From NCBI GenBank assembly GCA_951406725.2, contig OX597820.1, positions 25,606,001-25,670,000 of the forward strand: 64,000 bases of DNA, given 5' to 3'. This document shows positions 12,210 through 26,603 of this stretch, in pieces (positions within the stretch are counted from its first letter, which is position 1; every line of letters begins with the position of its first letter). This stretch comes from Octopus vulgaris (taxonomy: Eukaryota). The translations under genes were made by a program, and so were the position numbers. The notes under the pieces were generated by a model. That model was not told the DNA's origin. It did no database searches and saw nothing but the letters and a program-made list of their open reading frames with translations.

Positions 12210-15200
12210 AATGTATGTATGTATGTATGTATATATTTATAAAAATATTTATATATATACTGTAATTCATTACGTATCATGTGAATGTTGACTGAAGTTA
12301 AAATTATGCATTTATACATGCACTGTATGCAAAGCAAGATAAAAACAAGCAAAAAATAAACAACATATATATATATATATAATTATATGTATATATGTAT
12401 AAGTTACTAAAGTGTGGAAATAGCATCTTTTTAGCTTTTCATTTTGGACACAATTTTTTTAAATAAAAGCAATCTACTTCTCCCACCTTTTAATTGAGGT
12501 CTTGAGGTGAACGAGATAATGTCAAACAATCAGGTTATAAACTTGATCAATAAAGGTCTACACGTATCTCAACATGATATTTGTCAATTGTTTCAATGGA
12601 GACCACGATCCAGTCCAGTCGTGACGGTAAGCGAGTTTCAGTGCTAATCTCCAGAAGAGTTGGATGGAACAGAGGTAGAACTCGGTGCCTGTCTGCAAAT
12701 GATAATGGCAGACAGACGGAAGTGGAGCATTATTTTTATTTCTTTCATTTCATTTTTAGCCATCATAGCTAAGTCTATGCTGGACTTCATTACCTTTGTC
12801 TATTTAATTTTTTAACATCATCTTTGAAGAATGTTATGACAAGAAGTTTCTGCCAAACCAATTCTTTGATTCATTCTTATAATTATTGCTGTCATTATTA
12901 TTATTATTATTATTATTGCTAAAGTGGCAAGCTGAGAGGCTTGTTACTGCATGCATAAGAGATGCATAATGGCTTTTCTTCCAGCTCTTTATGTTCCGAA
13001 TTCAACACCACTGTTGACTTTGCCTTTCATCTTTTCAGGAAGGATAAAATAAGTACCAGTTATACACTGGGGGTCGATGTAATCAACTAACCCTCCTCCC
13101 AAAAATTGCTGACCTACCAAAATTTGGAACCGCTATTTTGATAGTTTCATGCAAGTTTCTTCTCTTGTAGTGCCTGGTGCCTGCCTCTGTGTTCCTGCGG
13201 CATGCACAGCATTGTATGTTCTTATTTTTGTAAGAGCTGGAGGAGTGTAGACTCCTTGTTAATGTACTGCATCATTTTATTTTGCTATGGCAGTTTGGCC
13301 TGTTGTTTTTTGTGTTATGTTGGCGTTTGTTTTGTTGTGTCTGGTGTGTGTAATGTAAGCTGTGTTATTTTATTGAATATTAATCCTGTAAAATATATGT
13401 TGCGTGAGTTGTGTCATTCTATTCTATTAGGTTCTAATTACATGTATGAAGATTATTTTATCATTATTATTATTAAGCAAGGAGCTACCAGAATCTTTAG
13501 AGTATCAGAAAAAGCACCTTGTGGCATTCATTCCAACCCTTTACAATCTGAGTTCAATTTCTGCAGGGTTCAACTTAGCCTTTCATCCTTCCAGGATCAA
13601 TAAAATAAAGTACCAGTCAAGTACTGGGGTTGATGTACTCAATTAATTCCACCTTCTAAAGTCGTTGGTCTTGTGCCAAAATCTGAAATAATTTTGGTGG
13701 CTTTTTCTTATTCTGTGCTTTCTCACTGTATTATTAAGTGCAGCTCCGTGCACCTAGTGCACGTGCAGTGTTTTGTTTTAGTTTTCTATTTCTTGTCTTA
13801 TTATACATATTTGTAAGTCCTCAGGTTTTGGTTAAGTGTTTGCCTTACATCTCTTTTAATATCATTCCAAAGACTCCCATTATCATAGAGATTGTTTCTG
13901 TTCTCAGTTCCCACATTCTGGCTATCTCTATTTCCAGATCTTTGAATTTGGTTAATTTGTTGATTTCTTTTAGAAATACATTCTCTATTGTGACTAAAAC
14001 TTCATTTGGAAAACATGTCTTTCCTCTAACCCTTTAACAACAATATCTGGCATATTTGCCTTGATCTCTCTCTCTCTCTCTCTTTCTCCCCCCCCTCTCT
14101 CTGTGGATTGGCACATCCCAGAGATTTTATTATTATTATTATTATCAATAAAAATTATTACTACTACTAACTAAAATAAACTACTTCCCTCCTGCCATAC
14201 TGAAAAATCTTCAGTATATCTTTTGCTGTATGTGTGTATATATGTGTGTGTGTGTATATATGTATATACATATATACATTTGACTATCCACGTAGCAATT
14301 TATTCAGTGGTAAATATGCTTTTATATGTCTATTATATATATGCATGTATGTATATGCCATAAACATGTACATGTTAACAATTTCAGCTTATTAATTTCT
14401 GTACATTTGTCTGAATCTGTAAATGTGTGCGTTCATATATAAATACATATATATTTGTGTGCTTGTGTGCGTTTATAAGTATTCATGTATATATGTGTTA
14501 GTATATATGTGTGTGTGTGTGTTTTTATGTATCTGTGTATAAATCGTTATGTACATGAAACAAATCTCTACCAATTGACAACATCTCATCTTTATCATTT
14601 TTTTTAAAGTCCTTTTTCTTATAAAATGGGTTCAATTTTTATTTTGTCTCTTTTAAAACAAAGACATTGTATTCCCTCATTTGTGACCCCAGAAAGGCTT
14701 TCATTCATTTAGAAAAATAGAAATACATATGACAAAAAGAAGAAAAAAATTGGTGTGAGATATACAGTAAAAATTGCAGAATTATATTCTTCAATCCTCC
14801 AATGATTATGAAAAAGAGCAAGAATAATTAATATAACGGAATCAAGAAGATTAATTGCAAATCTTTGTTAAGAAAAGAAAAAAATTATCTTATTTATATT
14901 AAAACATTTTTTTAATCAAGGTTCAAATATGAAGTCTATGGAGTTTTCCAAATGTTTTTTTCACAGTTTCTGTGGGAACAAGGCATTTTTGTCAATTTTG
15001 AAACAATATACAGCTTTTACCGGAATATAAGATGATCCATCTTTGTACAAAGTATTTCTGAAGAGAAAAAGGGCATCTTAGATACTGTTTCAACTTCAGT
15101 TATTCGAGCAAATACTCAAAAACCAAAAGATGCATTTTATAAATTGGCAAATGTGGCACTTACCAAATGTTAGACATATATATATAAATATATATACATG

Positions 15201-15891
15201 CGTGTATGTATATGTATAGATACTTATATGTGTAAATATACATATTTATATATGTGTGTGTGTTTGTACATGTGTATATATATGTTTTTTCGTAACTGCA
15301 ATATTTCATTGTAATTATATCTGTAACGAAAGGCATAAAACAAACACAGAAATGAAATTTTTTTTTTTTTAATACTTTGAACAAAGACATACACACAAAT
15401 GTATGGATGCACACACATACACACAAATGTATGGATGCACACACATACACACACACATTGAAACTCCAGTGTCTGACAGCAGAAACATAATTTTAGAAAG
15501 ATTTAACCAGTTTTAAAACATAAACAAATGTCTTTTATCATTTGTTTTTGTCTGTTGCATATTTTCATTGGTTTGATTTTTTTTTTTTTTTTTTGCATTT
15601 GTTTTTGTTTCTCCTTATATTTTGTGGTTTTAATTTCCTTGACTATATTCCCCCTAACCCCCTACCCCCCACTCCATTGCCATCTTTGATCTTGCTTTCA
15701 ACTTATCTACTGCTTGTCAATGACCTTGCCCAGACAGAATCTACCTATTTGTCTATAAATACACACTCACACATACACACACACACACTTATATTTTTAT
15801 TATATACAAAATTTTAACAGATTTTCTTTTTACATTTTTCACGTGTGTAACATATGTGTGAGTGTGTGATATATATAGATATACACATACA

Positions 15892-15939
<48 letters not shown>

Positions 15940-16065
15940 TTTGATTTGTATAGATCTCTAATCTTTTTTCAACCTATATATATATATATATATATATAAG
16001 AATTTTTTGCGTAATAAGATAAAAAACCAAGGCTGTATAGATATTAGAGCATTTGTAGATAGAAG

Positions 16066-16117
16066 ATCTTACAGCTGTTTCTAGGATATTAATTAATAAT
16101 ATCCCTTCATCGGAGAC
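16066..16117 (-). ncRNA. Minimal type I hammerhead ribozyme-like motif
   Basis: On -: GTCT CCGATGA A GGGATATTA-TTAAT-TAATATCCT A GAAA CAGCTG TA AGAT. Stem II is 9 bp, stem III is palindromic, the cleavage triplet is GUA, and the core carries U4C. Confidence 0.55.
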
Positions 16118-16178
16118 GGTGTGAGAGGAAAAATTAAGTCATAGTTAGTTTCAATGTGATACATATGTGATATATATG

Positions 16179-16227
<49 letters not shown>

Positions 16228-17797
16228 GTGTGTTTATGTATGTATATGTATTTATGGTGGCACAGAAATAGCCAAGTGGTTAAGAAATCCACTTTACAAT
16301 CATGTCCTAGGTTCAGTTCTGCTTATTTTTTGCTTTTTCTTTTGGTATCTTTTTCAAAAGCTTCAAATCCACTAAATTTTTGTGAGTAAAACTGGGTGGA
16401 ATAAAACTGTGGAAACGTGTCTGATAAACAGAACTTATAATTTAAATGGCTTGGCCTCTTCTCACATAACTGCATCCAACTGATTCTGCCTGTGAATTAT
16501 ATTATGGTTATTACACATACCTATGAGATACTCAGCCACTTAAATACTAATACAATGAGTAGGCAGTCTTGTTGCTTAAGCAGCTGAAAGATTTATCATT
16601 GAAACCAACAAAGGATCCATTGTACATATGCACAAACATGCCTGTGTGCCCATGCATGTGGATGCATGTATGGATTCATAGATACCATCATCATAGTTCG
16701 GACATCCACTTTTCTATATTTGCTTCGGTCATATGGAATTCAGTGAAGTGAATATTCCATGGCCAGATGCCTTTCCTGTCCCCCAACCCTCACTTCTTTC
16801 TCAGAAGGCTGGAAATGAATGACACTGCTTGTATGACAGTGACACTTGTTTACAACTATGTGTATTGTCTGTATTGTCAAGACAAGGAAACTCAAACACA
16901 CACACACACCGATATATGCACCTATATTGTGAAGGTACATGGCTAAATGGTTAGTGTATTCACCTCACAATCGTAAGGTCATGAGTTCAGTTCCTTGTTG
17001 CATGTTGTGTCCTTGAACAAGACACTTTATTTCACATTGGTCCAGTTCACCCAGCTTGTAAAAACGAGTTGTATCTATAGTTCAGAGCTAGACTTGTCAC
17101 ATCACATGTCATGCTGAATCTCCCTAAGAACTGCATTAAGGGTAGACATGACTGGTGCTCTGCCACTTTCACATTGATATCATGAGCAGGCTGTTCCATT
17201 GATGACAAGATCAACTGGAATCTTCATTGTCATAACCGATGGAGTGCCATTTTTTTCCTCTTTTATACACACACACAATGGGCTTCTTTCAGTTTCCATC
17301 TACCAAATTCACAAGACTTCTGTCAACCCAGAGCTGCATTACATGACATTTGCCCAGAATACCACACAGTGGGACTGAACCCAAAACCATGTAGCTGGAA
17401 AGCAAGCTTCTTAACCATACAGCCATGTCTGTGCCTCTCTACAGATAGATATCTAAGTATCTATATTTTGTGTTCTATATATATGTGTACATGTTTGTAT
17501 ACATATATATATGTGTGTGTGTTTGGATATTTATATTTAGATGTGGTTATATTTGTGTCTGTATGTGTATATATACTCTCTTTATCCCTGTTCTATGCCC
17601 CTTTTCCTTGCTGGTAAGTGCTGGATAAGTTGCCATGTTTTGTACCAGATCCTGTTTACTACCCTTCTAGACGGTTGAGGGACCACATCTCATCTGACCA
17701 TTCTGTTTTTGACATGGTTTCCAAAACTGGATTCCCTTTCTAATACCAACTAATTTACACACACACACACATACATACATCCATATATACAGACACG

Positions 17798-17840
<43 letters not shown>

Positions 17841-19334
17841 GTACATATGTAGGCAGGCATGTGTGTATATATACACACACATCCACATGTATGTACAGGC
17901 ATGATTGTTTGGTTAAGAAATTCATTTCACCACCATGTGTTTTGGGTTTCAATTCCACTTTATAGTCCTATGTAGACCAATGCATTGTGAATGCAAGAAT
18001 TCAGGAACTGCAAATTGTGTGGATACCTGTATTATGTATATAGATATGTGTATATATGCCTATGCATAATACGCATGTGTCACTTGTCTCTGCATATTTT
18101 CACTTAGATACTCCATGAATCATGTTAATATTGATTATGTCTCACATAAGCATAAGAAACCTTCAGTAACCCAGCAGTTTGATGTGCAAAGATGTGGAAT
18201 AAAATACCTTACTTGGAAACAAATAAAGAATGGCATCAGGTAGGACATCCAACTGTGGAGTACTGCAGCAAGAAGTCTTGTCCAATCCATTCCAGCATGT
18301 AAAAGCCTGATGCATAAACAATGATCATAAAACAATAATTATCTAAAGATATGTGTTGTACCAACATACTGTTGTCTGACCCATGCAAGCATAGAAAAGT
18401 AGGCATTAAAATTATGATAATGATGATCCACATATACAAGAGTATGTTTGGGTAACTTGTACACATGCAAAAATATGAGCATATATATTTCTGTCTGTGG
18501 ACATGCATATATATATATATATATGCATACAAATACATATGCATGAGAATACAAACATGAATTATAACATACAAATCTGCACATGCACTGACTCCAAATA
18601 CTGCACATATACATATATGCAAAAGCACCCCTGTTGATATTATTGAAATTCCAATGAAGGGGACTTGGATCTAGGTTAGAAACCAGCTCCTCTATTGGTA
18701 AGAAATCTTCAAATAAAACTGAATCATCACACATACATACATATGTATTGAGAGAGACAGTGACACACATACATACAATTGTTTATATGAATGTGTTTGT
18801 GTTTGTATTTATGCATATTTTTATAATTTTCTGTTAATAGGTGTTATTTCTTTAAGTTCTTTTGTAGTTTTTGTTTTATGAAACAAAAGGGAGAGGAATG
18901 TTGTCTTGTTTGGAGTATAAATACAACAACATGTAGCTAATGTAACTGACTGTTTTCTCAGACAATGATCTTGAGTGATAACTGTAGAAATATTTTGGGA
19001 GATACCAAAAACCAAGAGATTTTGTGTTAGTCTGTGCCTAAATGAACCTCAAGGTGTGATTCAATATTAGAAATGGTTTATGTGTTAAATTTATTTCCGT
19101 ACAAAGATATATGTGTGTGTGTGTGTGTGTACAAACAACATGGACACACTGGTGTGTGCATGGCACTCCCCACTGTCTCTCTCTCTTTCTTTCTATCTAT
19201 CTATCTGCTTGTCTCTCTATATATGTGTGGTGGTGGGGAGGCTAAATACATTTTTTTCCATGCTGGCATTGGTTAGATAAAACCTATTAAAGCACTATTT
19301 TACATCTGGTTACACTTCCTTATACATATATTTG

Positions 19335-19745
19335 CTGATGATGATGACGATGATGCTTGAGAGTTGAGGACCCTTTGGTACAACCATAATTTCTCGTCAC
19401 ACAACATTGCCTCATGCTGTGGCTGTACCCTTTCACTGGGATCCTCCCTATCCCGTCCTTGATGTCACTGCTCCATCTCGGTCTTTGTCACCCACAAACT
19501 TGCTTTCCATCCATCCAGCCCCACCAAGCATGTGGGCACAGAGGTTGTGAGCCTTGATAACTTGGCCCCCAACATATTGCAGTTTTTTGTTGTCTGGCCA
19601 TCGTCACCAACTTTCATTCCATTTCCATCTCCTCTAGTCCTGAATCGTTCATTCTACAGGCCTCCCAACTGATCTGTAGCCCTCGTCTGCTGTCAGCCAC
19701 CCTTAGGCTCCATGCTCACACTCATGCATAATACTACTGACCAGG
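19335..19745 (-). mobile_element. Degenerate RTE-like LINE 3' fragment
   Basis: On - it translates MDGKQVCG*QRPRWSSDIKD, resembling the RTE C-terminal G.R.RGRP..RW.DDI motif, followed by a (CAT)n tail. Confidence 0.5.
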
Positions 19746-19755
19746 CCAGGATATA

Positions 19756-19829
<74 letters not shown>

Positions 19830-20183
19830 ATCTGTCTGTCTGTCTTGTTCTTTCTTATGTTATCCTTCAGATAAATGGATATACATACATACATGACAAA
19901 AGTTGACAATTTTTTTTTATTATCATTATTGTTGAAAGTTGAGGTTTTTGTGTGTATATTTTTTTTTACATAACATGTGGTTTACTTTTCCCATCTTTTA
20001 AAATGATGTTGGGGTGATCAACAACAACAACAACAATGATGATAATAATAATAATGATGACGATGATGATGATAATGATGACAGCAGTTCTAAGTGGAGA
20101 ATATTTAACTATTCTACCTATCCATTTCCCCCCGTTTTCTAAATCTTCATTGAAATTACAATTGTATGGTGTTTATGAATAGA

Positions 20184-20348
20184 CTGGGTGGGCCAAAAGT
20201 CATCCTCCAAAATATTTGACACTTTATTCATATTACATTATCATTATTTTTTTTTTTTTTATTCAATTTTAGAAAAATTGAAGCACATCTTTGACAAAAT
20301 CCGGAGAGTTATCAAACTTATTTTGTGTATGACTTTTGGCCCACCTTG
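20184..20348. mobile_element. Short Tc1-type MITE
   Basis: TIR GGTGGGCCAAAAGTCAT / ATGACTTTTGGCCCACC. Confidence 0.6.
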
Positions 20349-21299
20349 TACTTTGTCTAAAGCTAAATCAAAACCTTAGATTTCAACAAATTTTACATAA
20401 ATTTTAATTTGTTTGTTGTCGGCCATGGTGATGAATTGTTGAAGTGCTGTGCAAAATTCCACAATTCATTGTGGTATTAAATTACAGCCTTTTAACCTTC
20501 TGAGTTCAAACCCCACCAAGGTCAGCTGTTTTTCGAGTTTTTTTTTTTTATAATTTTTTTTTCATTTGATCAGAGGAGTAAGAGTAGCACTCATGACTCT
20601 TTTCAGGGTTCTGAGATTGGTGGTAATAAGGGAAGTAGTTTTTCATAGACTGGAAAACATGGCCTGAAGGCTTTGCAAAATAATGGACTGTACTAAAGAC
20701 ACCCAAGAGCCAGGTAGTGGTTTTTAAACTAAGAAATGGATTAAGTCTACCACCTAAGAACAAAGACAGTCTCCTCTGATGGGCTTCCACACAGTTTCCA
20801 TCCACCAAATTTCACTCACGAAGCTTTGGTTGACCCAAGGCCATAGTAAAAGATACTTGCCCGTGGCTCAGTGCAGTGGAATTGAACCTAAAATCACTTA
20901 GTTTTGAAGCAGACTTCTTAACCCCATAGCCATACCTGCAGCCCTCTTTAATAGCCATGCCTTCCTTTCATCCATCCAAGGTCAATAAAATAAAACATCA
21001 GACAAGTATTGGGGGTTGATTTATATATATATCTTCTATAATGCACCCTAGATTTAATTGGAATAACAGAAGGTAAAGACTGAATCTTCCTTTCATCTTA
21101 CAAACCCTTCTTGTATTTTAAATGAAATATTGTTTCATTCTCATTGGAAGCACAACTGCTTTGCAGTATCTTGATCGGCCGACAATTACTCAGTAATTAA
21201 TCGCTGAGTGACATTACATTTTGCTTAAAGCTATTCAGCTGAAAGTCTATCACGCACAACAAGAATGCTCTTAGTTAATAGCTGTTCAGTGATAAACCA

Positions 21300-21740
21300 T
21301 TATTGGTTGAGGATTGCTTTCTAGCATTACTATTGGCACATAGGTGCTCAACAACATCACAATTAGTTCTTCAGCAGTAATATAATTAGCTGTTAATTAG
21401 CAACACTAATATAACATTACAATTGGTTGTTTATTTGTTGCAGTAGTGCATCACATGCGATAGCAATAGTACAATATCATAATTGGCTGTTAATTTTTTA
21501 GCTAGAGTATATTACAATTGGACCTTAATTGGCAGCAATAGTACAACACAGTTGGCTGTTAATTGCTCAATAACAAAAAAAAACATTATTGTTAGTTGCT
21601 CAGCAATATCACTAGTAACTGAATGTGTCTCAGCAATTCCTACAATTAGTAAATAGTTAATCTACAATACAATTAGCTGACCATCACCAGCAATAGAATA
21701 ATTGGATAAATGTATGGTCAGCTCTAATAGCATAATTCCT
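21300..21740. repeat. Degenerate minisatellite
   Basis: Recurring ACAATT(G/A)G(C/T)TGTTAATT..AGCAA units. Confidence 0.55.
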
Positions 21741-24294
21741 ATTATGTAGGGCAGACATGAGAAACTGTTTTTTAAGAAGTGGGCCACTTGAGACATGGCT
21801 TATCAAAAGCAGGCCACACTACTAAAAAATTCAAAGTAATTTTTCTGAAAGGCATGTCATTTACAAAGTCTTGTGGCCCGTGACTGACAGAATATTGGTT
21901 TACCCAACAAGAGCACAATCTAATGAGTGCCACTAAATATTGATAATAGTTACATCTTATTTCACAGTTTGCTAAGACACACTATAGAAAGACAATTTGC
22001 CAAGACATTGAATATAACTATAGATATCTGATACACAGCTTCACCTTAATCCCTCTAAATTATACTTTAACCCTTCAGCATTCACATTAATTTGTCGAAT
22101 GTAATGCTTATTTATTCACACTGCTTTGAATTAATCCTGCATTATCTCATAGCCTCAAGTTTTTGATGATGTAATTGCATATTCTTAGAATAACATTGTA
22201 GGACAAGTGTGGGAAACTAGGTCTGGCCACTTTGAACATAAAATAGAATATTTGGGTCGAGTATAACTTGTTTAAATGCTAAAGGGTTAAGAAGCCAATA
22301 GAAGAGCCTTAATGTGGTTGCTTGATCTGTTATAAATAGCAACCAAATCTTTCCCATATCACACTTTATTGTCTTAATTTTAAAAAATGACACATTAGAT
22401 ATCTAAGTAAAAATAAGTCTGGGATACCTGAAAAAAATTAGGATGGTCACTGCTGGAATCCTTTTAGTCATAGTTTTATACTGTTAGAAGAGTTTATGCT
22501 AAAAAACAATAACTAAGACATTTGAATATTGCCATAAGTATCTAAATTGCATTTTCATATTACATCTTGTCAAGCCAGCTAGGGACCCTCTACACAAGTA
22601 CTCAATCTGCAAGAAATTGCAACCAAATCTTTATCAAGTTGCATTCTACTATCATTAAAAAAAGAAAAGGGAAGGGCACATTGGATTATTTAGCCCTAGA
22701 TAACACTATGTCTTAAAATAAGATGGGATGGTCACTGCTGGAATGCCTTTGATTATAGGTCTTCTTGACCAAAACTGACCTGGGGACAAAAATAACATGA
22801 GATTTTTTTAAATATTTATTTGCTGACTCAGCTTTATTATTTAACTTGAAGCAGCCAATCTGAAGCTAATGAATTTTCTGATGTATACCTTCGTTATGGT
22901 ATTAATTTTTGTTCAACAACATAATTATCTAAAGATTTGGAAACATTTCAAATTTTACCTCCTTGACTTCCAGTACCAACCAATATGTAAATGTACCACT
23001 AACCGAAGTAATAGTTTACACTTGGTAGATGAATATATTTATACATACACACAAACGTACACACATACATACACATAGAGATGCGTGTGTGTTTTCAGGA
23101 ATATTCCTGTGTATTTAACCCTTTTGTTACTGTATTTCTGTTGAAATACACTGTTTTCTTTCTGTTGGTTTTGAAACAATATAGAAAACAGCTTTCATTA
23201 TTAAGCTGATGTTTGAAACAATGAAATATTAATGGGAAGTTTTAATTTAGATACTTTAAAACAAGAAGTTTGTATCATAGAACCTAAGGCTGTTTTGGCC
23301 AGGTTGATATCAAAAGGGTTAATATGTGAGTATATGCATATGTATGTGTATTTAAATATGTGTATACATATTTTGTGTGCGTGTGTGTGTTCAGCCAATA
23401 GATCAATTCACAGAAAACTATTGATTGGAACTTCCTAACAATTTTAAATGAAATCTGAAGGGTACTTATATGGTGCATACATATTGGAACTTCCTTATTT
23501 TTTACATCTATTACCAAAAGCAAAAAAAAAAAAAAAAACGAAGAAAGAAAGAGATGTATATTGGAAAAGAAAGTACACAATATTCCATATTGATACTTAT
23601 GTGGTAAGTGGTATAGAATAAGAAGTACATTCCCTCTGAGCTAAATCCATAACTTGGCTTCAATTTTCAGTTGAAGTTAATTTCTAATACTCTTGAAAAA
23701 GACATGAATGTCACAATTCTACATCCATTCCTCATTATACCTATTTATATCTATGGCCTGGTGCCTCTGTAACAAACCAATATCGACACATTTTGGTGTC
23801 TTTAAAAAAAAGAAAATTAAGTTAGACCTTTCTTTTGTTTTTTGTTTTTTTATTTTGCAATCAAACTTTGATAACCACATTTGATCAGCTGATGTTTGAT
23901 CATGATTGAAACTCTTCACTAAACATTGATACTTTAGTATTTTCGTCCAGTGTCAATTGTTACCAAAAGTTATTTTCTTACACTGCAACTTCAAAAAAAA
24001 AAAAAAATAAAAAATAAAAAGAATGGTCACAGCTTAATCTTAGAATTTTTTTAACAAAAAATATAAAAATTAAATGCTGTGTTAATCTACTGCTTTCTAC
24101 ATTTTTTTTTTTTTTGTATGAGTGTGAAATTTTTTATTGTAGATTAGTGATGAACCACGGATTAACATAGACAAGTCAGTTGTTTTGTAGATAGAAACAA
24201 GTAAGATTGTAGTTTTAATCCTGGGTAGATATTTTTAAAATCAAATATTGTTAATCATATTGCTTATTTTAACCATTAGTCTTACATTCTAGAT

Positions 24295-24826
24295 CAGTGC
24301 TTTCCAACATTTCATGTGTGTCACAAAATTACATATAAGTCCAATATGAAGTTACACAGGTGTGTTGCAAAATCACCTGAGAGAATATTTCATCTCTGAT
24401 GTTTTTTTAACCCTTTTAGCATCCGGATTACTCTGTCAAATGTAATGTTTATTCGAATGGTTTTGAATTTATCGTGCATTATCTTGTAACCCTGAGATTT
24501 CAGTGATGTGATTGTTATTTTTAGAATGACATTGTACAGAAGGTGTGAGAGGCCAGATTGAACATAAAACAGGTAGCATATTTGGGCTGGATATGACCAA
24601 TTTAAAAGCTGAAGGGTTAAATATTTGCAATTAAAATTAAGCATTGATTCAACTATTTTATCCACAAATGCCTACTCTCACATGTGAGCCCAAATATGCT
24701 TTATTCAACAGTGTGCAATTTTTATTTTAAGCAACAAAATAAAAAAGAGAAAAAAGCAGATATTTATGGTACATTTTTAGTGAATCTAAAAGTATGTCAC
24801 CAATTTTAAAAGGTTTGGAAGCACTG
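24295..24826. mobile_element. hAT-type MITE with nested piggyBac MITE
   Basis: Exact 8-bp TSD TTCTAGAT (24287-24294 and 24827-24834) and TIR CAGTGCTT(T)CCAA. A family-2 MITE is inserted at 24411-24616. Confidence 0.8.
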
Positions 24827-26567
24827 TTCTAGATTAGCTTTGCAGCATGGCTTAATGTATACTTGTTATTTTAGGAATAAGAATATTGTTAATATTGAGC
24901 AACATGTTTTGGTTTTTGTTTTCAGTTGATAAAACAAATTTTATTTATTTATTTATTTAGATAAGAATTCTTCAGCTTAATTTAGCCTAACATTTCCTTA
25001 TAACTGCTTTATGAGGGCTGTTCTTACATTGTATCATAGACTAGCTTAAGACTATTATTAACCTTTTTTTTTTTTTTTACATGACAAACTGGACTGATAG
25101 ATTGTCATGTGAATATATATGAGCAAGTTTAATATTAAATGCTCTTTCTATATGAAATCAAAAGCAAACTATAAAAAAAGCATATACATATATATATATC
25201 TTATAGAATTTTTAAACGATAGCTTTTCATTTTGAAACAATTTAAAATGGAAAAAGAAACATTGTTTTGTATTAAATTTAATTTTTAGATTGTTTTTTTT
25301 TTAACCTTTAAAGTGCTTGTGAACTTCCCTTTTTTTCTTTTTTTTTTTCTGTGTTATGAAACCCTACTGAGATTGCTATAGTCCTTACATTTAAATAATA
25401 TCAGAAATGGTAAACAAGCCTAAAAATAACAGTGATGATGCTAAAAATGATGATGATGATGATGATGAATGATGGCGATGAAGTATAAGAAACTGTTAGA
25501 GTTAATTTTGTCATTCAATAAGATAAGTAAGGTAATCTTTTCAATAGGATAACAAGATGTTTTGTCTCAAAAAAAAATACCATTGAGACAACCTGCTCAA
25601 AGCGTTCTTTGAACACATTTCTTGTGGAGTGTTGCATTGATATTGGCAAACCCAACAGCTGAACTGAATGGCATTACATTCCCATGTTTTTAGTATTAGT
25701 GTTTGTATTACATTGATGCGAACAGTGCAGTATATTTTTCCATCAATCAAATACTTTAGTTTCTCCAGATAATCACATCTAATTAAGAAATAAAAATGTC
25801 AATTTATTATTAATATTAGTTTGCTTTTTTTATTTAGGAGAAAGGTAATTTCAATCTTATTGAACTCAATTTTGTCTTTCATCTTTTTGAGTATTTATAA
25901 GAGACAGAATCAGTCGAATGTTGCATGAGATTTTCTTGCCTATTCACTGGAATGACAGCTAATTTGTGGACTCGCATGTATGTTAAACAGAATCATAAGA
26001 GCAATGGACAAAACATCCTGTAATATTTCTTCCAGCTCTTTAGGTTCTGAGATCAAATCTCACTGAGGTTGATGGCATCAACTACCACCCTCCCTGCAAA
26101 ATTGCTAGCTTTGTACTTAAATTAGAAATTAAAGGTGACGAGCCTGCAGTAATGTAATCAACTTATCCTTCTCCAAAATTGCTGGCCTTGTACTAAAATT
26201 TGAAAGCATTATTATTATTGTGGTGGTGGAGTGACAGGTACAATACAATGTCACACTAAATGCCTTTGCAGTATATATTTAGGATATTTTTATAAATTTT
26301 CTAAGTTCAAATCCCACCACAGTTCACTTTGCATTTCATCCCCCCACCAGGGTTAATAAAATAAACACCAGTCAAGTATTGATAATTTAATTGACTGCAC
26401 CCCTATCAAAAAATGTGTGGCTGTATGGTATTTTGAAAAATTATTGTCACCTTCAACATTATCATTATCAATATGGCAGTGGTGGTGGCCACACTATTAA
26501 ATGCTTTGCAGTATTTTAGTTTCGTCTGGTTGATTGTTGAATGTTTGTGTATGTATGCGTGCATGCA

Positions 26568-26603
<36 letters not shown>

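Noticed and set aside
12581-12772. 63-aa ORF in a GC-richer patch
   Set aside because: No recognisable homology or splice context; it lies downstream of the DHHC stop.
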